Positions 7,323 to 16,954 of a stretch of 55,655 bases of DNA are shown here, one piece after another. The stretch spans positions 1 to 55,655 of IMG/VR virus record IMGVR_UViG_3300014311_000014. The stretch is one strand, 5' to 3'. The translations under genes were made by a program, and so were the position numbers. The first letter of the stretch is position 1. Each line of letters opens with the position of its first letter. The notes under the pieces were generated by a model. It worked only from the letters and a program-made list of their open reading frames with translations. It was not told the DNA's origin and made no database searches. Origin of the DNA: a virus (taxonomy: Duplodnaviria > Caudoviricetes).

Positions 7323-9964
7323 TGGTTCACATCAGCGTATTCACGAGCAAGCGGGTGCCGGGCCTGAAACGGCTGGCCGATCTCCAGAACGAGGAGATCC
7401 TACCGCTCGCCGCGTCCGTCAACGTGACGGACGGCATCGACCTTGAAGACGCTTTGCGGACCGAGTGGGACACGGACGCGCACTTCGTCTGCTACGTCGC
7501 CGATGACGGCGAGGGGAACGAGCTGTACGCCCGGATCAACAAGGGCGTGTTCCTCCCCCAACTCGAACAGACCGGGGGCCGCGTGGTGGTGCGCGTCCTG
7601 GCCTTCGACCACGACCTGCCTCGCGACGCTGATGGCGAGAAGCAGGAGTGGTCCGCCGAGAGCCTAGATGAGTTCCTTGGCTCGTTGCAAGAAGCTCTCG
7701 GCACCTCCAACCTGGAGCCGACGTGGTGGTACACCACGCTCCACGGATCACGGTTCGTTTACGTCCTGACCGAACCCGTCGCGCCGCTCGACGCGGAGGC
7801 GATGATGCTCGGCATCATGGACGAGTTCCGCAAGCGCGGCATTGAGCTGGACGAGGCGTGCAAGGACTGGACGCGGATGTTCAGGTGCCCGCACGTCGAG
7901 CGCGAGGGCTACGGGCGTTACGAGTCCGAGCTGCTCGGCCCCGGCCCGCTGCTGGACCCGGCGGGTGTCCCGCGCGGCGAGGTCCAAACAGCCGAGGCCA
8001 TCGGCGAGGTGGATCAGTACGTCGGGGAGATGCCCACGCCCGACGAGGTGGCCGAGCTGCTGGAGGAGACGAAGGAGAACGGTCGCAAGTACAAGACCGA
8101 GCTGGTCAAGCGCGCCAGGATCATGCTCCAGGGGCGCGAGGCCGAGGGCATCGTGTTCGAGCACAAGCCGATCGTGCGCGGCGACACCAACTGGAACAAC
8201 CAAGTCCTGCGCGTGGTGTCGTCCGTGGTCGGCATGATGAGCGAGGAAGCCTGCACCTCGCCCGAGGGGATCTACGCGCTCCTGCACTCGTCGATCGAGC
8301 AGCTCCAGGACCGCGAGATGCGCGGCGCGAACGAGACCGACTGGTACGCGACGACCTGGGACATGATCTGCCGTATCTGGGCGAAGGAGGACGCCAAGCT
8401 CGCAGAGCGCCGCGCCGAGCACGAGGCGCGGCAGGCTCAGGCCGACGTGCAGCGCGAGTCCCTGCTCGACCAGCTCCGCGCCGCGCGCCCCGCCGATGTG
8501 CCGACCGACGAGGAAGAGGCGAAGGTCTGGCAGATGCGCCGCATGATCGCGTCGAGCGGGTCGCAGCACTACGTCATGCGCCCGAACGGCGACTACAACA
8601 TCCACCCCTGCCCCGACTCGCTGCTGATCCCGATGATCCGCCGCCTGGGCATGGAGGACATCATCCCCGTCACCGAGATCGTCGGCAAGTCGTTGAAGAT
8701 GCGCAGCACGCGCGACCTGCTCGCGGACCACGCCATGCCGATCGTGGACATCGAGGCGAGCGCGCTCGCCGAGGTGGCGTACATCGACGGCGAGCCGGGC
8801 TACGACAAGCTGCACATCCCGGTCCACCGTCTGAATCCGAAGCTGGAGGCGCGCTACGACGCCCGCGTGGACGAGTGGCTCGAAGCCCTGGGCGGCGAGC
8901 AGGCAGACCGACTCAAGGAGTGGCTTGCGCACGCGCTCGACGTGAAGCGCGCGATCTGCGCTCTGAATCTCTACGGTGCGCCGGGCACCGGCAAGGGCAT
9001 GCTCGCCGCCGGACTCGCGGAGTGCTTCGAGTCCATGCGCCCGAACGACCACAAGGCTCTCGGCCAGTGGAACGGCGGGCTCCTGGAGAACCCTGTAGTC
9101 AACTGTGACGAGGGCGTGCCGAACATCTCCAGCAGCGAGAGCCTGTCGCTCGACCAAGCCTTCCGCTCGCTCGTGACCGGCGGCAATGTCACCATCCGCA
9201 AGATGCGGACGGACCCGTTCAGCGCCCGGATCTACCCGCGCATCCTGTTCACCTCGAATGACCGCGACATCATCCGCTCGATCGTGGGCAACCGCGACCT
9301 GACCGACGACGACACCGAAGCGGTCGAGATGCGCCTGCTCTCGATCGAGGTGAGCGACGCCGCGAAACGCCTGCTGACCGGCAAGGGGAACTTCGCCTAC
9401 ACGCGGGGCTGGATCGCTGGCGACTGTCCGAGCAAGCTCGTGCTCGCCAACCACATCAAGCACCTATACGACACGCGCGAGGAGTCGCAGACCGGCTCGG
9501 GCCGCCTGCTCGTCGAGGGCGACATCAGCACGCGCCTCGTGAAGGACCTGCGCCTGACGACGCGCGGCGCGGAGACTGTGCTGCGGTGCATCGTCAAGCT
9601 GATCTCGCAGGCGCACGGAGGCGGCAACGCCGACGCCATCGCCATCGACAACGGCGGCGTGTTCGTCACGGCGGCGGGCGTCCAGGCGTTCGCCGAGGCG
9701 AACCTCATGGTGCAGGGCGGCATCACGCTCAAGGCGGCGGGCGCGCAGCTCCGTCGCTTCGCCCACGAGCCCGAGGAGCAGAGCGGCAAGGTCAAGAAAC
9801 AGACCATCGACGGCAAGCGCGGTCGGTGGTTCGAGCTGGACTTGGAGGTCGTGTACGAGCAGGCCCTCATCTACGGCATGAACGCCGACCAAGTGCGTAG
9901 GCTTCTCTGCGAGCAACGAGGCGGCGAACAGCGCGCCGAAGCGATCGAGGCGGCAGTCCGATGA
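7322..9964 (+). CDS. DNA primase-helicase (N-terminal primase-like domain, C-terminal SF3-type ATPase)
   Basis: FDHD, YTTLHGSRFVY and DWTRMFRCP in the N-terminus; Walker A GAPGTGKG, Walker B VNCDE, sensor FTSN. Confidence 0.82.
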   Translation: MVHISVFTSKRVPGLKRLADLQNEEILPLAASVNVTDGIDLEDALRTEWDTDAHFVCYVADDGEGNELYARINKGVFLPQLEQTGGRVVVRVLAFDHDLPRDADGEKQEWSAESLDEFLGSLQEALGTSNLEPTWWYTTLHGSRFVYVLTEPVAPLDAEAMMLGIMDEFRKRGIELDEACKDWTRMFRCPHVEREGYGRYESELLGPGPLLDPAGVPRGEVQTAEAIGEVDQYVGEMPTPDEVAELLEETKENGRKYKTELVKRARIMLQGREAEGIVFEHKPIVRGDTNWNNQVLRVVSSVVGMMSEEACTSPEGIYALLHSSIEQLQDREMRGANETDWYATTWDMICRIWAKEDAKLAERRAEHEARQAQADVQRESLLDQLRAARPADVPTDEEEAKVWQMRRMIASSGSQHYVMRPNGDYNIHPCPDSLLIPMIRRLGMEDIIPVTEIVGKSLKMRSTRDLLADHAMPIVDIEASALAEVAYIDGEPGYDKLHIPVHRLNPKLEARYDARVDEWLEALGGEQADRLKEWLAHALDVKRAICALNLYGAPGTGKGMLAAGLAECFESMRPNDHKALGQWNGGLLENPVVNCDEGVPNISSSESLSLDQAFRSLVTGGNVTIRKMRTDPFSARIYPRILFTSNDRDIIRSIVGNRDLTDDDTEAVEMRLLSIEVSDAAKRLLTGKGNFAYTRGWIAGDCPSKLVLANHIKHLYDTREESQTGSGRLLVEGDISTRLVKDLRLTTRGAETVLRCIVKLISQAHGGGNADAIAIDNGGVFVTAAGVQAFAEANLMVQGGITLKAAGAQLRRFAHEPEEQSGKVKKQTIDGKRGRWFELDLEVVYEQALIYGMNADQVRRLLCEQRGGEQRAEAIEAAVR

Positions 9965-10365
9965 GCTGCATTCAGACAGGAAAGTCGAGAGATCGTCAAG
10001 GCTACGGCAGGGTGTGGATCGACGGGCGGGAGAGCAAAGCCCATCGTGTCGCCTATGCCAAGGCACACGGGCTGCATATTCGCGATCTGGACGGCATGGT
10101 CGTGATGCACTCGTGCGACAACCCTTCATGCGTCAATCCAGAGCACCTGTTCCTCGGCACGCAGGTAGAGAATCTCACGGACATGACGAACAAGGGGCGT
10201 CGGGCCGTTGGCAGCAAGCACGGACGTTCCAAGTTTACCGACGCTGACATTCAGCAGATCAAAGAACTACGCCGAAAAGGCTTGACTCAGCGAAGCATAG
10301 CCAGCATGCTAGGATCGTCACAGTCTCACGTTAGCCGCGTCTTGGCAGGAAAACTTCGAGCATGA
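9961..10365 (+). CDS. HNH endonuclease with C-terminal HTH
   Basis: AHRVAY...VMHSCDNPSCVNPEHLFLGT..EN; TQRSIASMLGSSQSHVSRV. Confidence 0.92.
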   Translation: MSCIQTGKSRDRQGYGRVWIDGRESKAHRVAYAKAHGLHIRDLDGMVVMHSCDNPSCVNPEHLFLGTQVENLTDMTNKGRRAVGSKHGRSKFTDADIQQIKELRRKGLTQRSIASMLGSSQSHVSRVLAGKLRA

Positions 10366-12326
10366 GCAACTACATTTCGGCAAGTCAGATCGACACCTAC
10401 GAAGACTGTAATAGGTTTTGGTACTTCACCAGACTTATGCGGCTGGAGGAGCCTCCCGCGACGCACTTCACGTTCGGCACCGTGCTGCACGCCGTGAACG
10501 AGCGCTACCTCTCGGCGACCGAGAACCAGCGTGTGCCCGGCCCGGCAGGCACCATCGTCGCGGATGGCCCGCTCAAGGGGCAGATCGGCGGCCAGCCGGT
10601 GAACCTCTACCCCGAGGGCTGGATGACCGCGACCGAGCGCGACGGCTCGATGGCGACGATCACCAAGCCCGAGGCCAAGCTGATCCGCCAGCTCGTGCAG
10701 CAGGCGATCGAGAACGGCGTGCTCCGCTGGCGCGAGGGCTCGCAGGTCGAGCGCAAGATCCTGGCGAAGGTGATCGAGGGCGTCCAGCTCATCGGCTTCA
10801 TCGACGTGTTCAAGCCGCACAACGAGGTGCAGCCGCTTCCGCTGATCGAGGACCACAAGAGCTACGGCAAGGGCAGCCTGCGCTACCTCAAGCGAGCGGA
10901 GCGGAGTAGCCCGAACTACCTGGGCGACAATCAGCAGCTCAAGACGTACGCCTGGGCGATCTCGATGCTCGACGGCTGGGAGGGCGACGTGACCGTGCGC
11001 CACAACCAGTTCCCGAAGTTCCCCGATCGCGAGGTCACGGCGGTCGAGACCGTCATCACGCGCGAGGAGATCGTCGAGCACGGCGAGTACCTGCGCGACG
11101 TTGCGACGCGCATGGAGCGCACGCGCAAGATCAAGAAGTGGGACGATGTTCCCGGACCCAAGGACACCGGGAAGTGTGCGCGGTGGTATGGTAAACCGTG
11201 CCCCTTCTCGGACATCTGTGGTCGGGTGGAGACACCCGACGCTTACCAAGCGAGGCTCGAACGCCTCAAGGCGGGGAGCCCTGCTGCCCGACTCAACCTA
11301 CCGCTGGCGAAACCCAAGAGACGAAAGACCAAGGAGAACAACACCGTGAGCATCTTCGATCGAGCCAACAAGCAGAAGGCCGCGCGCGCCGAGCGCGCGG
11401 GGAAGGCGGGCAGCGCGCAAGCGAAGGCCGCCGTGGCCCAGGCCGAGGCCCCGCCCGTCAACGGCGGGAAGCCCGAGCCGACCGTGACCGTGACCGGGGG
11501 CGCGCCGTGGGCGAACCCGAACTGCAAGGCGTGTAAGGGGCGCGGCCTGACGAGCCGCCACACCGCGTGCCCCATCTGCGACAACACGGCCAAGAAGGCG
11601 GGTCGCCCGACCTCCATGGCCTACATCCTGGAGACCACCGACGAGGGGCTCGGCATCGCCGTCGCCCGCGAGGAGAGCATCGAGGACCTGGAGGCCGCCG
11701 GGCTGCCCCTGGAGTGGGACGAGTCCGAGGCCGCCCAGGAGGCTCCCCAGGAGCCGCAGGAGGAGCCCGAGCCCGAGACGGCTCCCGAGCCGGACCCGGA
11801 GCCCGAGCCGCAGCAGCAGGCCGCCCCGGCGGCGTCCAAGGGCAAGGAGCGTCTGGCCGCTGCCCGGACCCGGAAGCCCTCGGCCAAGGACCGGGAGGCC
11901 GCCCAGGCGCTCCAGGCGCTCCAGGCGCTCCAGGACGCCCAGGACGAGGCCGGGGACGACGATGCCCCGGAGCCGCAGCAGCCGACCAAGGGCCGTGGGC
12001 GGCCCTCGGTGGGGCTCACCATCCTGATCGGCGCGACCTACCTGCGCGGGCTGCCCAAGAACCGCACCGTCGTCACCTCGTCCGAGGTCATCGCGCGCTT
12101 CGGCGCGGAGCTGGCGGCGGACATGGGGGCCGACTCCTTCTGGGAGCTGGACCCGTTCAAGCGCCGCGAGCGGCTCGCCCAGAAGGCGGACTACATCGCG
12201 TCGTCGCTCGCCAAGCACGTCCTCATCCACCCGGGCATCCTGGGCAACGACGACGAGGGCAAGCTCGTGCAGGCGCTCATGGGACTGAGCGAAGGCATCG
12301 ACCTCGTGATCGGGAGGATCTCCTGA
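10362..12326 (+). CDS. PD-(D/E)XK Cas4/RecB-like exonuclease fused to a long Zn-finger/acidic C-terminal region
   Basis: SASQIDTYEDC, GTVLH, GFID, EDHKS, QLKTYA, C-terminal Cys triad; then CKACKG...CPIC and an E/P-rich linker. Confidence 0.85.
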   Translation: MSNYISASQIDTYEDCNRFWYFTRLMRLEEPPATHFTFGTVLHAVNERYLSATENQRVPGPAGTIVADGPLKGQIGGQPVNLYPEGWMTATERDGSMATITKPEAKLIRQLVQQAIENGVLRWREGSQVERKILAKVIEGVQLIGFIDVFKPHNEVQPLPLIEDHKSYGKGSLRYLKRAERSSPNYLGDNQQLKTYAWAISMLDGWEGDVTVRHNQFPKFPDREVTAVETVITREEIVEHGEYLRDVATRMERTRKIKKWDDVPGPKDTGKCARWYGKPCPFSDICGRVETPDAYQARLERLKAGSPAARLNLPLAKPKRRKTKENNTVSIFDRANKQKAARAERAGKAGSAQAKAAVAQAEAPPVNGGKPEPTVTVTGGAPWANPNCKACKGRGLTSRHTACPICDNTAKKAGRPTSMAYILETTDEGLGIAVAREESIEDLEAAGLPLEWDESEAAQEAPQEPQEEPEPETAPEPDPEPEPQQQAAPAASKGKERLAAARTRKPSAKDREAAQALQALQALQDAQDEAGDDDAPEPQQPTKGRGRPSVGLTILIGATYLRGLPKNRTVVTSSEVIARFGAELAADMGADSFWELDPFKRRERLAQKADYIASSLAKHVLIHPGILGNDDEGKLVQALMGLSEGIDLVIGRIS

Positions 12327-12745
12327 TGGACTTCCCCAAGGCGCAGCGCGAAGCGCACGAGATGGCTCGTGAGAAGGGCTTCTACGACGACGATGAGATC
12401 GTAATGCGCGAGGCGAGCCTGACCACGGAGGAGCGCACGGCGCTGCGCCGTCGTCTGATCCTGGCTCGCCTCGCCATGATCGCGTCGGAGGTCGGTGAGG
12501 CGGTGGACGCAGTGCGTCAGAGCGACGTGAACGTGCCTGCCTTCTCGGTCTGGGTCGGCGGGGAACACGCTGGTCCCGGCCCTGCGCGCGAGCTGACCGG
12601 CACCGAGCACGGCTCGGAGCTGGCAGACATCGTGATCCGCACCATGGACCTCGCCGAGTACATGGGCATCAACCTCGCCGAGGAGATCGAGGCGAAGATG
12701 GTCAGGAACTCCCGGCGCCCGCAGAAGCATGGCAAGCTGGCCTGA
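12326..12745 (+). CDS. mazG: MazG-like nucleotide pyrophosphohydrolase
   Basis: LAMIASEVGEAVDAVR...SELADIVIRTMDLA...KMVRNSRRP. Confidence 0.88.
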   Translation: MDFPKAQREAHEMAREKGFYDDDEIVMREASLTTEERTALRRRLILARLAMIASEVGEAVDAVRQSDVNVPAFSVWVGGEHAGPGPARELTGTEHGSELADIVIRTMDLAEYMGINLAEEIEAKMVRNSRRPQKHGKLA

Positions 12746-12751
12746 TCTCTC

Positions 12752-14845
12752 GTGGATCCCTTCCACAAAGCCCGAGGCAAGCGCCGCGACACCGCTGACT
12801 CACTGGAGATCCAGCGTATCGTGAACTTGCCCCTCGTCTACCCCGTCGATGACGAGGTGATCGAGGCGTTCTGCTCCGACGAGGTGCAGGGCCGGTACTT
12901 CGAGGAAGGGTTCCGGCTGTTCGGCACGCAGGTAGGTGCGGTGCTCGCGTACGACCTCTACGGCGGGGGCTTCTTCCCCATCGGGGTCGGCTGGGGCAAG
13001 ACGCTCATCTCGCTGATGATCGCGAACCGCGCCTACCTGCGGGGCGACTCCGAGCGCTCGATGCTCGTGGTCCCGCCGCAGGTCTACGACCAGCTCACGC
13101 GCACGGACATCCCGCAGGCGCGCAAGTGGGTCGGACTCACGGTGCCGTTCCACTACCTCGGCGGGCGCAGCCTCAACGACCGGCGGCGCATGGCGGCGTC
13201 GGGCAAGAGGGGCTGCTACATTCTGCCGTACTCGCTGCTCTCTACGCGCGACTCCGAAGCGCTGCTGGGCGGCGACATGGAGCACCCGCCGCCGAACAAG
13301 CGCGGCATCTCGGGTATCCGCCCGGACCTCCTGATCCTGGACGAGGCGCACAACGTGAAGAATGCGAAGGCCGCGCGCACGCAGCGCCTTCGCCGCTACC
13401 TCGCAGCGCACCAGCCCGCCGTGGTGGCGCTGTCCGGCACGATCACGAGCAAGTCGATCAACGACTACCACCACCTCATCTCGGCGGCGCTCAAGCACCT
13501 GTGCCCGCTGCCGCAGAGCGAAACGCTGGCGACCAACTGGTCCTACGTCCTCGACCCGGAGAAGCCGGGCGCGGACTTCGGGAACCGGGGCGGGAGCCAC
13601 GGGAAGACCGGGCCGCTCACCCCGCTCGTGGACTGGGCGCGGAAGCACTTCCCCGACGAGGACATCCCGAGCGGCGTCCCTGGGTTCAGGAAGGCGTACA
13701 GGCTGAGGCTCACGTCTACCCCCGGGGTCGTCGCGACGGGTGACGCCGAGATCGGCGTGTCGCTCACGATCTGCAACGACCCGGTGCCGAAGCACAAGCA
13801 GCACCAGGACTGGCCTCTCCTCGAAGAACTGATGAAGCAGGTCGAGGACGAGTGGATCACGCCGAGCGGCGACGAGATCGAGGAGGGCATGCACAAGTGG
13901 CGCTACCTCAACGAGCTGTCGTCTGGCTTCTACTACCGCCTGCGCTGGCCGCACATCGAGGAGCTGACGCGCAGGGGCTTGAGCGAGGACGAGGCAGTCG
14001 TGTACCTGGAGCAGGCGATGGCGCACCACGAGGCGCGCCAGGAGTTCGCCCGCAAGCTGCGCCGCTGGATCGAGCACAAGGGGCGGCCCGGCATGGACAC
14101 GCCCCTGCTGGTCACGAGCAACATGGCGCAGCATCAGGCGTGCGACGTGGGCGGCGAGCTGTTCGGCCTGTGGCGAGCGATGAAGGACCTGGAGTTCGAG
14201 GGGATGCCCGAGCGCATCTCCGAGCCCGTGCGCATCTGCGACTACAAGGTGCGCCATGCTGTCGCCTGGGCGTCGAAGCTGAACCACCGCAAGACGGGCG
14301 TGAACGGCGGCGTGATCTGGTTCCACCACAAGGAGATCGGCGTGTGGGTCACGGAGCTGCTGCGCGAGGCCGGACTGCCTGCGGTCTACTGCCCGAGCGA
14401 GTCAGTCAAGAAGGGCTCGAACGCGCTGATCCTCGACCCCTCGAACGCCGACAAGATCGTGGTGGCCTCGATGGGCGGGCACGGCACGGGAAAAAACCTC
14501 CAGCACTTCTCGGAGCAGTTCTTCTTGCAGTTCCCCCGGCAGGCCGATACCCTGGAGCAGGTCCTCGGGCGCACGCACCGCAACGGCCAGGACGCCGACG
14601 AGCTGCTGCCCGTGACCTGCCACACGACGGACTTCGACCACCAGAACTTGTGGGCCTGCCTTATTGACAGTCTCTACATCCACCAGACCACGGGCTCCCG
14701 GCAGAAGGCGATCTACGCTTCGTACGATCCCATGCCCCGCCGGTTCCCGACCGATTTCCTGCGCGAGAGGGGGTTCACGGACGTGGCCCAGCTCGACAGG
14801 GAGGCGAAGGCCCGACTCGCAGAAAAGTTCGGGGAAGCTTCTTGA
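12752..14845 (+). CDS. SF2 (SNF2-like) helicase
   Basis: GVGWGKT, LDEAH, LSGT and QVLGRTHRNGQ motifs. Confidence 0.9.
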   Translation: MDPFHKARGKRRDTADSLEIQRIVNLPLVYPVDDEVIEAFCSDEVQGRYFEEGFRLFGTQVGAVLAYDLYGGGFFPIGVGWGKTLISLMIANRAYLRGDSERSMLVVPPQVYDQLTRTDIPQARKWVGLTVPFHYLGGRSLNDRRRMAASGKRGCYILPYSLLSTRDSEALLGGDMEHPPPNKRGISGIRPDLLILDEAHNVKNAKAARTQRLRRYLAAHQPAVVALSGTITSKSINDYHHLISAALKHLCPLPQSETLATNWSYVLDPEKPGADFGNRGGSHGKTGPLTPLVDWARKHFPDEDIPSGVPGFRKAYRLRLTSTPGVVATGDAEIGVSLTICNDPVPKHKQHQDWPLLEELMKQVEDEWITPSGDEIEEGMHKWRYLNELSSGFYYRLRWPHIEELTRRGLSEDEAVVYLEQAMAHHEARQEFARKLRRWIEHKGRPGMDTPLLVTSNMAQHQACDVGGELFGLWRAMKDLEFEGMPERISEPVRICDYKVRHAVAWASKLNHRKTGVNGGVIWFHHKEIGVWVTELLREAGLPAVYCPSESVKKGSNALILDPSNADKIVVASMGGHGTGKNLQHFSEQFFLQFPRQADTLEQVLGRTHRNGQDADELLPVTCHTTDFDHQNLWACLIDSLYIHQTTGSRQKAIYASYDPMPRRFPTDFLRERGFTDVAQLDREAKARLAEKFGEAS

Positions 14846-14870
14846 CCCCTCCCGAGTACGGGAGTATGAT
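14842..14870 (+). promoter_or_regulatory. Sigma70-type middle promoter
   Basis: TTGACC-N17-TATGAT; identical hexamers at 20398-20426. Confidence 0.75.
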
Positions 14871-14934
14871 GCTCCTGTTGGGCCGATGTGGCCCGGCAAG
14901 CATCCGAACCAGAACCCAGACAAGGACAACAACA

Positions 14935-15450
14935 ATGGGCGCATTCAGTGGCCTCCGCGACGCAGCTCGCGGCTTCTCCTCCAACCCTCTCCGTCCCGGG
15001 CGCTACGTCGCCCGCATCGACTCCTGCGACTCCTTCGAGGCCGAGCAGAAGGGTCTGATGTGGAAGAACACCCTGACCATCCTGGCCGTCGAGGACGGGG
15101 GCGAGCAGCCGCACAAGGTCGGCGAGCAGGTCCACGTCTTCTTCAAGAAGGGCCAGTACCCGAAGGTGTTCCTCCAGAACATCAAGTCGTTCATGGCGGG
15201 CGTGCTCGACGTGGCCGACGAGGAGATCGGCGAGGAGGAGGCCGAGGCGGCGCTGTCCGACGACAGCCCGATGGTCGGTCTCGTGACCGTGGTGACGGGC
15301 CGCCATCAGGCGAGCAAGTCGAGCCGCGACGACAACGGGAACCCGTTCAAGTACACGGTGTACTCGTGGAGCCCGTCCCTGACCGACGAGGAGATCGTCG
15401 AGGCCATCGGGCAGGAGGGCGTCGAGCGCTTCTTCCCGAACGGCCTGTAG
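14935..15450 (+). CDS. Hypothetical replication protein (ssDNA-binding protein candidate)
   Basis: AAGGA RBS; LRPGRY start, beta-rich, acidic; lies in the replication block behind its own promoter. Confidence 0.55.
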   Translation: MGAFSGLRDAARGFSSNPLRPGRYVARIDSCDSFEAEQKGLMWKNTLTILAVEDGGEQPHKVGEQVHVFFKKGQYPKVFLQNIKSFMAGVLDVADEEIGEEEAEAALSDDSPMVGLVTVVTGRHQASKSSRDDNGNPFKYTVYSWSPSLTDEEIVEAIGQEGVERFFPNGL

Positions 15451-15525
15451 GGAGCACGGCCAGAGCAGGGGCCGACTAAATGAAGCTGTCGAGCGGGTGC
15501 GAGGCCCGCACTTTCAGAATACACC

Positions 15526-15735
15526 ATGAGCACCTCGACCGAAACGAAACCGCAGCTCGGCATGCCGAGCGACCAGTGGCCTCCTCTCGCGCACATCGAG
15601 CGCAAGAGCGACGGGCCGCTCAAGGAGGGCAAGCTGGCCCTCTGTGGTGCGAAGCTCATGGGCATTCCGCTGGACAACGCGAGCGCGATCTGCGAGAAGT
15701 GCATCGAGATTGCGCGCAAGGAACTGAGCCGATGA
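15526..15735 (+). CDS. Small Zn-binding protein (DUF3039-like)
   Basis: H...ALCG...ICEKCIEI. Confidence 0.6.
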   Translation: MSTSTETKPQLGMPSDQWPPLAHIERKSDGPLKEGKLALCGAKLMGIPLDNASAICEKCIEIARKELSR

Positions 15736-16634
15736 CCACCAAGACCTTCAAGCCCATGCTCGCGGGCAAAGCGCCCGCCGACCTGACGCAGCTCCGCTAC
15801 CCGGTGCTCGCGTCGCCCAAGCTCGACGGAATCCGCTGCACCATCATCGACGGCGTGGCGACCGCGCGCTCGCTCAAGCCAATCCCGAACAACTACGTCC
15901 GCGAGATGCTCCAGGGCATCCCGAACGGCGTGGATGGCGAGCTGATGGTCAAGGGCGGCTTCAATGCCTGCCAGTCTCTCTTCATGTCGCACGACAAGGT
16001 GGAGCCGAACTTCTGGTTCTTCGCGTTCGACTGGGTAAGAAGCCAAACGCCTGAGCAGTCGCCCTTCCAAAACCGATTGGCCTGGTTGATCTGTTGGAGC
16101 GAGAACAACGGCCACAACAACCTCCACGTCGTCGAGCACGTCCTCATCTCCAACGCCGACGATCTCGCGGTCTACGAGGCCCAATGCCTCGCCGAGGGCT
16201 TCGAGGGCGTCATGGTGCGCGACCCGCAGGGGCCGTACAAGTTCGGGCGCTCGACCACGCGCGAGGGCTTCCTGCTCAAGATCAAGCAGTTCGCAGACGA
16301 GGAGATGGTCGTCACCGGCCTCGTCGAGATGATGCACAACGTCAACGCGCTGGAGACGAACGAGCTGGGGCTCGCGAAGCGCAGTACGTCGAAGGAGGGG
16401 ATGCGGCCCGCCGGGGTCATGGGAGTGCTCGTGGGGCAGACCGAGGACGGCGCGACCGTCGAACTCGGGACGGGCTTCACCGCCGAGGAGCGGCAGGTCA
16501 TGTGGCACCTGCGGGAGACGCTGATCGGCAAGCTGGTGAAGTTCAAGCACCTCCCTGACCCCGGCGGGAGGCAGCCGGGCCAGCGCCCGCGACATCCCGT
16601 GTACCTCGGTTTCCGCGACCCGATCGACCTCTGA
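15732..16634 (+). CDS. ATP-dependent DNA ligase
   Basis: SPKLDGIR, DGEL, FAFD, FEGVMVR, LLKIK, GTGF, RHPVYLGFR. Confidence 0.95.
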   Translation: MTTKTFKPMLAGKAPADLTQLRYPVLASPKLDGIRCTIIDGVATARSLKPIPNNYVREMLQGIPNGVDGELMVKGGFNACQSLFMSHDKVEPNFWFFAFDWVRSQTPEQSPFQNRLAWLICWSENNGHNNLHVVEHVLISNADDLAVYEAQCLAEGFEGVMVRDPQGPYKFGRSTTREGFLLKIKQFADEEMVVTGLVEMMHNVNALETNELGLAKRSTSKEGMRPAGVMGVLVGQTEDGATVELGTGFTAEERQVMWHLRETLIGKLVKFKHLPDPGGRQPGQRPRHPVYLGFRDPIDL

Positions 16635-16638
16635 TCCC

Positions 16639-16770
16639 ATGCAAGCCTTCTACGATTTTGCTGGCGCACACCCGATCGTCACGGTACTCTTGGCCGTGGT
16701 GGTCGCGGGCATGCCCGTCCAGATCATCCGCGAACTGCGCAGGCCCCGAGACAAGTACACGCCGAGATGA
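16639..16770 (+). CDS. Small single-TM protein (43 aa)
   Basis: MQAFYDFAGAHPIVTVLLAVVVAGMPVQII...; ATGA overlap with the next gene; below the ORF-track length cut-off. Confidence 0.55.
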   Translation: MQAFYDFAGAHPIVTVLLAVVVAGMPVQIIRELRRPRDKYTPR

Positions 16771-16952
16771 ACCACTTCACCAAACACAGCATCTACGACA
16801 TGAACTTGCAAGAACTGAGGGAAGCCTTGCGTTGGTTGCAGGACAACATCCAGCACGCCAAGCCAGACAGCGAAGCTGAGTGGGACATCATCCGCTACAA
16901 CGCTGATGTCTGCGCTCGGATCGAGCAACTCGAGAAACTGGAGCGCAAGTAA
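16767..16952 (+). CDS. Hypothetical protein
   Basis: Fills the gap immediately before the polymerase. Confidence 0.6.
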   Translation: MNHFTKHSIYDMNLQELREALRWLQDNIQHAKPDSEAEWDIIRYNADVCARIEQLEKLERK

Positions 16953-16954
16953 CC

